Source: Tubulanus polymorphus (taxonomy: Eukaryota; Animalia; Nemertea). From it: 64,000 bases of DNA. Of the stretch, positions 53,911 to 64,000 are shown one piece after another. A model generated the notes under the pieces. That model worked only from the letters and a program-made list of their open reading frames with translations. It was not told the origin of the DNA and did not search any database. Made by a program: the position numbers and the translations under genes. Position 1 is the stretch's first letter, and each line of letters starts with the position of its first letter. The stretch covers positions 17,754,210 through 17,818,209 of the forward strand of contig NC_134030.1 in NCBI RefSeq assembly GCF_964204645.1. Reading direction: 5' to 3'.

Positions 53911-54908
53911 GCAATAAATTCCAAATCAAAAGAATTCAACGTAATTACGACAAACACATAGAAATTAAAGATCGAATCGAAGCTGTGGTACAGAGCCGTC
54001 GGAAGGAATTTTTCAGTGCCGAGGCTTATTTCTGAACGGAGTCTGGGGCCCTCCCCTAGAAAAATTTTGAAAATTCAATCGCCGGAGATGCGTTTTGGGG
54101 CCATCTCACGGTCTCATTCACAGAAGCATGAGAAGCCGTGAGCCAACCACCTAGTACAGAGAACGACGAGCTGCTACGCGGTACAGCGTGCCTTCGAAAA
54201 AAATTGGGGTGGCTTCGGCCGCCCCTGCCGCCCCTGTTCCGACGGCCCTGGGTAGGATTTATTTTGCAAGCTTTACCTCCAGTGTTAGTGTGATGAATCA
54301 TTGACTGGCTGAGATAAACCTCTAAACAAATTAATCATTGATTCAACAGTTCAGAAAAGCAATGGCCACCTCTACTGATAGTGTGATGAATTGACTGTAC
54401 GAGATTAACTTAAACCTACGGAAATATGGAATAATTAACATGTTTCGCAAATATTTCATCCAAATTATGAACTAAACACACGATTACTAGCGGCGCCTTG
54501 TTGAAGTTTGAGGAGTCAGCCTTCCTGTTCGCTTATAGTTCTATACTGACAAAAAGTGATTTTAAGTTTAAAATAGGGTGGACAGTACATACATAGAATC
54601 TACGCAGACAGAAAGACGTTTTATATTACTATCAGAGTTCAACATTTCGTTAAGAAGCTGTTAGTTGTCAAATCTGATAGAATATGAATTCTTGTGGAAA
54701 ATCTGTAATGATAATATTAATCAACAGAATAACAAAAGTGTTCTCCACGAAAGTCAGAAAAGCCTCAATATGTAAAAGTATTACGAGTGAATTTTAGCTT
54801 TGCTGCATTTTGAGATGACGCTTTTTCATTATTTCAATGATATGTATGAAAATATGTTGACAACGATTTATTCAATATCTAGGTTAAAGTTTATCTCGAG
54901 CAGTCAAT

Positions 54909-55236
54909 GGGGTACCCGCAGTGCTACTGTGGCAATCGAGGATTCCACGTATGGCAGGCGAGGATCCGCCAGGTGTCGCTAGTAGATAGTTGGTCGTCCA
55001 CGTTCGATTTCGTCTACATTTCAATTAAACCTAAATTAACTTTTCTCTTAAATGAATGAATCATTTTTGGAAACTTTACAGACATCCGATTAGAAGAATG
55101 AAAGTATTGTATATTGGTAGGTGCTGTGATAGTATATAGATTGAGGAGTTCAAAAATCCAATGAACTAATTTTGGTAACGAACGACCTACTGCTTGTTGC
55201 GCCATCTGGTGGGATAGCTGGTTTCGCGGGTACCCC
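54909..55236. mobile_element. MITE with GGGGTACCC TIRs and AT target duplication (PIF/ISL2EU-like)
   Basis: Empty site CAAT^TTATC at ~53757 versus filled CAAT[GGGGTACCC...GGGTACCCC]ATTTATC. Related fragments at ~27075 and ~29860. Confidence 0.8.
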
Positions 55237-56228
55237 ATTTATCACGCGAGCTTTGCGGGTATTTTAATCATGGAATTAATTCATAAATCGTACAACAGCT
55301 TCAACACGATTCCACACATATATCGCACAAAGTATCCACCAAAGTTTGAATGAGAAAAATCATTAAGGCATCGTCATGAACTTTCTCACTGAGCTGCCAA
55401 TGGTAGGCTATAGTTCACCTACCATTGAGTTTCTAATAAGGTAATGTGTCAATAAAGTGACTCTTAGCCAGCTCTTGGTCTAAGATTTAGATTATAGCGG
55501 TGATCATAACGATTGTGTCCTTGGGTTGATTGCTCAGTGTTCTTTACAGGAAAACGCATCTAGGACTCGTTGCCGCGGTCTAAGCTATCGTGATGCAGTT
55601 GGCGCACCGAGTTTTGCAATCCAGTGTCAGTAGTGAATGGATTAAAAAACGATGTTTTAGGTCAACTGCCAGTCCTTTCTAGTCCTAGTAAGACTTTTAT
55701 CAGGTATGTACCACCAAAACTGACTGAGCTAACCACACCGTCTGATGTGCTCCTCAACGTCACGCATATCGTGAGCTTATAACCGGCCAAACGTGACATT
55801 GTAAATAGTCATACTCATATCACTTCATGTGCATTTCATATCATACATTTCATCGCTTCTTCATTTCCCGCCGAACTTCATACTTCATCAGTTTTCTGTA
55901 TAATACTATGTCAGTTTTGTGTATAGAATAAAATCTCAGTTTAAACCAAGTCTTCGGAGTTGTCAATTCCTTTATTCCGAATAAGGATTTCAGTCATCTG
56001 GTCACTCTCCGTGTGACACTCATGTCAAGTTGAAATATACATTACACAACCGTTCTAACCGAAAAGCGAGTACCGGTCTACGGAGTATACGCACGTGGTT
56101 GTGTTATTATTTATTCATGACGTCATCGACAAGACGAGAAGGTACACAATATCCTAGAGATAGCGAGAGAAATCCCACAATAAGTTCAGCCAAAACGAGA
56201 AACTTGAATAGAAGAGTATATATATATT

Positions 56229-56272
56229 TACGCAACGTTTCGCCTAAAGACTATTAGCCATCATCAGGCGTA
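56229..56272 (-). ncRNA. Minimal type I hammerhead ribozyme
   Basis: TACGC-CTGATGA-T-GGCTAA(TAGTCT)TTAGGC-GAAA-CGTT-GCGTA: perfect 5-bp stem I, intact core, palindromic AACGTT. Confidence 0.72.
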
Positions 56273-56421
56273 CTGAGAACAGGAGAATATTACAAGATAT
56301 TTATACAAGATTACAAGATATTTATACAAGACCAAAACAATAGAAACAGAGTGAGTGATTAAAATATTGTATATTTTTAAAATAAAAGTTTGTAAGTCAT
56401 CTTACAAACTCGTCTCGGACT

Positions 56422-59400
56422 AATGGCGACCCACGAAAACTTGCAGCACCTATCAGATTGCTCGTTGTATCATCGCTGAGGTAAATTTCAAGGAAGAACT
56501 ATACATGGGAGAATCCGGGCTAAAATAAAACGAAAATCCGATAGAAAATAATCGATTTCAATATTACAGATTTATAATAAAATTTATTCAGACTTCAACG
56601 TGCAGTGAATTATTTACATCAGAAAAAGACCCAATTCTTTTCAGGCAACTGATAAAAGACTATTACGATAATGGATTTGTTATTCCGCATAGTGAAACCC
56701 AGCATCAGACTAAAATATGCGGAACTATGCGGAACGTGGAAGCATATTTTGATAGTTTAAGGGACAATGAATTGTATTTTGAGTAGAAAAACTTCCTTCC
56801 AACATTTCAAATACAATATAATTTAGAAAAGTCGTTACCAAATAAAACAGTTCGATAAATTCCGCTGTAAATCAGGATTTCTTAATTCGAGAATTTCCTG
56901 CATTAAATACATCAAACATTAACGTCTGAATTGGGAGAACGCTGAAATGTACTGTCTACAGAAATACGGAGGACATCTTCTCAGTATCAACTCACAAGAT
57001 GAAATGATTTCTGTCAAAATATTATATGCCACGAAACTGCTTAGAAAGAGATATTCACAGGAGGCCCTTATAATGATGATCGGGCTAAAATTCAAGGTAA
57101 CTTCCACTCTCGACAAATGAGAAAAAAAAAATAAACACCGACTTTGAAGTAAAAGACTCCAAATTTATGTGTCATTTTTATGGCACCAAAATATGATGTA
57201 TATATAACTTCTATACAGGACTTATACTTACACTTTTTATGGTGGTGAGAAAATTGAAAATTCTCGAATTCTTACAAGTCAAATATCATAAATTGAACTG
57301 ATTAACCTCAATAAATCAATTATGAACGGATTAACTTCAATTCATTAATTATGAAAATGGTAAAACCAGTTTTGCTGTCGATGAATGAAAATGATTTATA
57401 TTTTAAACAGAATGATGGGTATCACTCATGGACTGATGGGAAACCATTGAGCTACACAGAGTAGTTTAAACCTGCTATGATAAACGAAACGATACCAGAA
57501 GTTATTCAGGGATTCATATCTCCTCTACGAAAACAACTGATAAATGGCGTCAATATGCCGTGTATGGCGATGATTCTGAATAATCCACGAGGATCAGCGA
57601 ACTGGGTTCGATTCCCGTGTCAAATAGAGGAGACTCGAACAACTTTCATTTGTAAATCGGATAGAATTGACGTCGATTCAGAACGCGTGGATAATTCGAC
57701 AATTAGAAATCAAAGTACAACGAGCATCATAGAAATAACTGATACTCATAACGATATCATATTTCTAACTGGATATAAAAGTGCACGAAATCCCAATACA
57801 ACCAACAACTCGACCAGTAAAAAAGGTTGGCAAAATGTGGACGGCAAATGTTGTCAAATGCTCACAGATTGGAACAACAATCGAAGTTTGGATGTTCGAA
57901 GTGCTACGAAAATGTGTCATGACCCTCACGCTGAAATATGTATTGTAGCTAATCACGAGGAAAATGAAATAAAAGCATTAATTGACGCATTCAGTTTTAA
58001 ACACCAGTATGGCGCTATACTGACTATGGATGCTAGGAAAATGTTTCAAGTGATGGAACCAGTTTTGACACGGGATGAAATCACTTTTATTGAGTCATTA
58101 AAATGGTCGATAAAACCCGTGGAATAATCAGACGAACAACGTTCATTCCGTGCTATGTTCCTATAATGTAACTGGCGAATAGCAGGCTTCTATAAGCGGT
58201 TGTAAATCGTGGCAGTTTAAATGTAACGATCAAAGATGTATCAACGACCATCGCGTATGTGATTCCAGAAATGACTGCCAACACGGTGAAGATGAACTCG
58301 ATTGTTCGGGTTGTTTAGATGGTCAGGTTATATCAATTAGTGGTTTCTGCGATTTTGAAACGGATTGTGTCGATGGCTCGGATGAAAACTCGTGTTTTCA
58401 TCCACTGTGTTTGCCCCAACAATACCGTTGTACTAGTGGTCAATGTGTGGATAGATCGTACGGATGAGGTGGAATCGTTAACTGTAAGGACGACTCCGAC
58501 GAGTGGGGATGTGATCCGCAACTTTGCATCGGGTTTCTGTGTAACTACGGTGAATGTATCAGTTCTCTATTGTATCAGGATGGTTTTGTAGATTGTAGCG
58601 GAAGCCTCGAAGAAGATGAACTTTTAACATCGAATGTTACAGTGAATCCTACAGTTCACTGTAATGTTGAGAACTACTTTACGACTTACTTCATAAATCT
58701 CTGTACAGAATCTGATGAACAAAGATGTTCTTTCGATTCTCCTCATTGTTATTCTAGACGTCATAGGTGTATTTTTGAAAGAATGCCGATTGGTTACCCG
58801 GTATGTAGAAGGCTCGAACATGTACAAGGTTGCTCTGATTTCATATGTCCAGCTGGTACTGTAAAGTGTCCAGCATCTTACTGTATACCGATGGGACAGG
58901 TGTGCGATGGTCGGTCCGATTGTCCCAATTCAGAAGACGAGCAAAACTGCGAGACTTTGTCATGTCCCGGCATGTTCAAATGTGGCCAGGAAAACCTATG
59001 TATACCTCAATCTGAGGTTAGCGATGGTGTCGTAAATTGTAAACATACCACTGATGACGAATCTTACTGTGACGTCACGTGTCCTGAGTACTGTAAATTC
59101 CAAGGTTATTTAATCGATTGCGATGATGCTGGTTTAGTAGAAATAACAGATATAGTCTCGGCATCAACTCGAGTTCTGATTTTATCAGAAAACCGAGTTG
59201 TATTCAATGAGTCCACGTTTTCCTCTATCTACATGTCCTTAAAATTTCACGTAACAATTTATCTTATATTGTTCCAAACGCGTTCTCAAACCTGCATAAT
59301 CTACATACATTAGATCTTACATATAACCGCTTAATATCATTTTCCGCGAATACATTCGCCGGTTTGTATAGTTTAAAAATTCTCTTCATTTTTGGAAATC

Positions 59401-60098
59401 CTTTAACAAATTTGGAAGAAAACAGTTTTTCAAGGTTTTAAATCACTGAGCAATCTAGATCTCCACGGACTTTCCTTGTCGTTACTCGGTGGAAATGTGT
59501 TCCGTGGTTTATCCGCTTTAGAGTCGTTAAATATCTGCAGTTACATGATCAGACATATTTCAACACACGCATTTGCTGGAATAACAAAGCTAAGAAGTCT
59601 GGATCTAACCAGAAATCTAAAGTCATATCCGTAGAAAGAAACGTTTTGGACGGTCTTACATTATTTAGTTCTTTGGCTTCTGATGCGTACAAATTTTGTT
59701 GCATGGTTTCAAGTGTTGACCAGTGTCTCCCGGAAGCCGACCAATTTTCATCTTGTTCTGACCTGATGGGTAACACTGTTCTTAGAGCAATCATTTGGGC
59801 GATCGCTTCATTCAGCTTTTTTGCAAACATTATTGTCATTTTAGTTCGCGTTCAAGCGTTTCGAATTTCATCCTCTGAATCACGTAACACATCCTCTGAT
59901 ATCATCATCATTAATATTGCCACCTGCAATTTTCTGATGTCGATTTATCTGTTTCTGATCGCAGGAACCGATTACGTCTATAGAGGAGTTTATTTTCTAT
60001 ATTCTGAAAGTTGGACGGATAGTTCATTGTGTCGACTCGCTGGGATTATAGTGACTCTTTCATGCGAAGGATTGATTTTTCTCATCATTCTTACCCGT
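56422..60098 (+). pseudogene. GRL101-like receptor (C-type lectin + LDLa repeats + LRR + class A GPCR), disrupted and truncated after TM3
   Basis: CTLD motifs WTDGKPLSY..., CMAM...WVRFPC...FICK; many LDLa repeats (CDFETDCVDGSDE, CDGRSDCPNSEDE); LRRs; hinge FCC...C.P..DQFSSCSDLM; TM1-3. Multiple stops and frameshifts; 5' boundary uncertain. Confidence 0.9.
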
Positions 60099-60835
60099 CA
60101 AAGTACTTTTAAGTACATAAAGAATGAATCTTTATTTTATTAGTAGTTGAAAAAAATAAAAACATATACAATAAATCTGTGAGATGAATAAATATTATTA
60201 CTGAATCAAATATAATATTTATCATATATATTTGATAAATATTATATGATAAATCTGTGATTTTCATTACTGAAACGGTAATATATGATGGATCTGTGAG
60301 ATAAATAAATAAATGATATTTATTACTGAATCAAATATATATGATGAATCTATGTGTGTTTGTTGTGTCTTTATTGTCTTTAGTACTTTTAGTACATAAA
60401 GATTAATTTTTTATGTACTAAAAGTACTAAAGACATAAAGACATAAGGGGGTATTATATTAATATTCATGTTAATATTCATATTTATTTTCATATCAAAT
60501 ACAAGAGACACATATTCATATTCATATCAATATTAATATTTACTTTATATAAAAAAGAAATGAGAGACATATTCATATAAAATATATATGAATATTAATA
60601 TGAATATTAATGTAATACCCCCTTATGCCTTTATGTCTTTTATTCTTAATCTTTTATTTTATTAGTAGTTGAAAAATAAAATTGATTGAAAAATATATTG
60701 ATTTTTATAAATAAGGTGTAATATTTCTAATAGCTTACTTTCACTCATTTTTATAGTTAAAATATATAAAATAAATTGAATTAAAAGATTCTGTCTTAAT
60801 CCTCTAATTCTTTTAAATCATTCACTTTTTTATTG

Positions 60836-61018
60836 TTATTTTTTCTGTGATTGTTTCCATTTTAACTTATTTAACTTTTTACTCAATTTCATATTTTCAT
60901 TCATAAGACCCTTACTAATATTCTTATAGTAAAAGTAAAGTGCAGCCAATATTAAACCTCCAGCAACTAAATAATGTTTCAAATCACTACTTCCAGTTGG
61001 TATGTTGAAATTATACAT
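60836..61018 (-). CDS. Small membrane protein, paralog of 7838-8056 (3' frameshift)
   Basis: IPTGSSDLKHYLVAGGLILAALYFYY; TAAATG start context. Confidence 0.6.
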   Translation of the reverse strand: MYNFNIPTGSSDLKHYLVAGGLILAALYFYYKNISKGLMNENMKLSKKLNKLKWKQSQKK

Positions 61019-61162
61019 TTATTTAAGAAAAAAAATTAATAAATTGATAAATATTTAATATTTTAGAAATATTAAACTTTTATATGTTTCAAATCAAATA
61101 ACAATTAAACTTACTACCTAACAGTTATTCATTAACTAATTTCTCAACTACTGCTTTAACTA

Positions 61163-61840
61163 CTATATATTTGAAACAAACAGCTGATCATATTTCAATA
61201 CATATTTATTATTCTTTTCATATTCGATATGTTTAACTGTTTGATAATGTTTTGATTTATGTGATCTTAAATATTTTCCTCCACAATAACAACCCACTTT
61301 TTCATTAGGATTAAACTTTCTAAATTCATCATCGAAATTACATTGAACTGCAATATCTTTATACGAATTATCATTAACTGATTCACATTGAATTCCAATA
61401 TTTGATGAATTTTCATTATAGATAATTTGTTTATTATCAAAATTGAAATAATATAATTGTCTTTTTTCAATTCTTAAGTTAATCAAATCATTGTAATCTT
61501 TAGAAAGTATTATATCACTTTTTCTTTCAATGAAAGGAGTTTTAAGAATATTAACTATGTTTTCATCTAAAGTTCCTTTAAAATTTAAAACTGTATTAGA
61601 TATTTAAGGATTTTTAACGTCATTATCAAAAGTATCAATTAGTTCAGTAATTAGTTCAGTAATTAAATATTTTTCATTTGATAATATTTGATTAATTACA
61701 GTAATATTATCAATTTTATAATGTCTCTCATACACTAAAATTGTTGCTGAGATATAATTTTTAATGTTTAACTGTGAAAATAATTTATTGGTTTCATTGA
61801 TTTCGATTTTGAATTTGGGTTCTTCTTCTTCTTTCTTCAT
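61163..61840 (-). pseudogene. Zinc-finger protein, paralog of 6483-7139; one in-frame stop
   Basis: Track ORFs 61604-61840 and 61163-61486 are in frame; TAA at 61604-61606 where copy 1 has AAA. Confidence 0.7.
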
Positions 61841-64000
61841 TTCTATACCAAAACTTTTATTAAAATTGATCTAACGCATATAAATATTCACTGTTTTAAA
61901 TATGAATTATTTCACTCACACTTTACTGACACTTTTAATGTTTAAAAATCTAACTCATACTAATATAAATGTTTATATAAATAATTTATATAATTTATAT
62001 AAATAATTTATAATGAATAATTCATATAAATATATATGTTTAAAATATAAAATATTTCACTCACACTTTACCCACACTTTTATATTGTTTTAATTATCCA
62101 TTTATTTTACTTATATTTTTATTCGAAATCTGTTAAAATATGAATTATGTATATCGTTCATATTCAATATATATTAATGAAAGTGTGACAAATTTGACAA
62201 ATTACTAAATCATACACACATTTTAAATTTGACGATATACTCAAAAGCAAAAACTGCTTACTTTCGCTATATATTTCATTATTTTTATAATTAGCGCTCC
62301 GTGAATCCTAGTGATGGAGGCAAAACGTTTCATTATGGACAATATTTTAATATAGCGATCGAAAAAAGTATATGCGAAAATACTGTACTAAAAGCGACCA
62401 TTATATTACGGACCGGGCCCTGAAACTTCACATGCAGATAGATCTAATCTAAATATACGATGCTTTTGAACCATAGACCCCCTCGTGCAGTGTATCCGAC
62501 CCTGTTTCCCGCGGCCATATCTGTAGTCGAGACCTTCCATTCTACTTTTTGGGGGTTGGCAAGACCTTTTCTAGCAAGTAACTTCTCATATATAGCAAGC
62601 ATATAACTATAAAAATCTTACTCGCGGGTTCCTGTGGATGTGAGCCCTATCCAAATTGGAATAGGTTTGTTATACTAAATACATCAGTCAATCTATAGTA
62701 TTCGACATCAGTGAAACAAATTGATGGAACCTCGGAGTATTCAGACTGGATGAGTTCAGTCTGATTAATCCAAGGTGGAACAGTTCCCTTCCCCGATGAT
62801 GTTATGATACATATAATTATTTGTACATCGTTATGTCTCTACGGTTTATCCACTTTCGTTTGACACATTTCTTCTCTGAATCTGTTTTCAAGAATTTTTT
62901 GATAATGAATCAAACATCTTATTTCATCCAAACTGCAAACATCCCCAGACTTTCATATGATGTAGTTAGAAGAATGATGAAATATCTCAGTACGAGACCT
63001 GATCATAGACGTATAAATTAGTTAATGTCCATGATCTGATTCAAAAGCCCGTCGTCAATACATGGGCGATAGCAGGCCATTTCAAGCGGTGAGCGGTGCA
63101 ACTGAAACGTTGTAGCTGATAAAAATTCCGACTTAGCAAATATGGGACTCGATAGTTAACGTATTTTGGTTTTTGATCTATTTCTAATACGGCTGTGCGT
63201 CAGACATGATATTCAAGTGATTAACGCAATTGCTACAAGCAGGAAATTTCATTTAAACTCCCTAAATCATAAATATTTCGTCAAAAGAACAAAGCAAAGT
63301 AATACGCATTTTAGGTTAAAATCCGTTCGAACAATTTCCACCAAAATATATATAGAGTATCAGTAAATTGTAATTACGAGTACGGTGTTATTGTTCAAAA
63401 TGTTCAAAATGCCTGCCGCTTCTGATATAATCATACATCCTTTACTATTACAATACGTCTTGTATTTTTATATGGCAATGGCCATTTTAAGTCTATGTCG
63501 ATAATATTTTGCCAAATAGCTTGTATGTGTACACATAGACCTGTGACGTTTTGCACATCGATTCACGGCTGTCGTTTGTAAAATGACGCTGAATGGTTAA
63601 CATTGTTTAGTTTCATAATGGTAACGTTTTATAAGGCGTCAAAATTCTAAACCGCCAAGTGGGAGTGCAGCCAGAAAAATTAAAACCAAAACCAAATGGC
63701 TCCTAGATAAGCTGCAGTTCCTTGCACCGAATATAGCCAGCAGACCTTCAGTCTCAAATTTAAATCAAGTAAGTATAAGAACATTTCAATTTGCGTTTTA
63801 TTATTGTTTGTAACAATATCAATATAGTCATAACATGAACAAAATTGCTACCGATTTTAAACCATCGAATCCTGCTACGGTACATCTCCTGATTTTGAAA
63901 AATAGGTGGCCAAAAATTGTGGTTGTGCTTTTGCATCTTTAGTTGGATTTCGATCATTTTATGTACTATGCTTTGCAGAGCAGGGTCACTTCGCCACTTA

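Larger units (their letters stand above)
60099..62200 (-). mobile_element. AT-rich virus-like cassette, copy 2
   Basis: Same two ORFs, iterons and palindromic TACTAAAAGTACTAAAGA module as 5.7-8.4 kb; abuts the truncated GPCR. Confidence 0.65.

Overview
AT-rich, intron-containing animal DNA, most likely from a marine lophotrochozoan invertebrate (inferred from the GRL101-type receptor and the repeat families). It is not prokaryotic, and most ORFs in the supplied track are spurious. Genes I can support: (1) a minus-strand, multi-exon Ig-domain/TM receptor whose tail is an array of tyrosine motifs (YMDM/YMNM/YEDP), with two 1-nt frameshifts (~2.66-5.47 kb); (2) a NACHT-LRR (NLR) pseudogene in one giant exon (14.6-17.3 kb); (3) an intact, intronless, divergent SLC18 (VMAT/VAChT-like) transporter (25.7-27.0 kb); (4) a three-exon plus-strand gene fragment for a conserved invertebrate domain that the ORF track missed (28.6-32.3 kb); (5) a small Cys-rich secreted-type exon (38.3-38.6 kb); (6) a CTLD-LDLa-LRR-GPCR (GRL101-like) pseudogene cut off after TM3 (56.4-60.1 kb). 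Mobile DNA is abundant: a 5'-truncated LINE, Penelope fragments, three minimal hammerhead ribozyme motifs, a Merlin fragment, Helentron-type satellite-carrying elements and several MITEs. The most unusual signal is two diverged copies of a very AT-rich, palindrome-rich, virus-like cassette (5.7-8.4 kb and 60.1-62.2 kb). It encodes a zinc-finger protein with LC8-like motifs and a small membrane protein. Separate Polinton-like fragments occur elsewhere, including a penton-like ORF. All calls are by-eye; no database searches were run.
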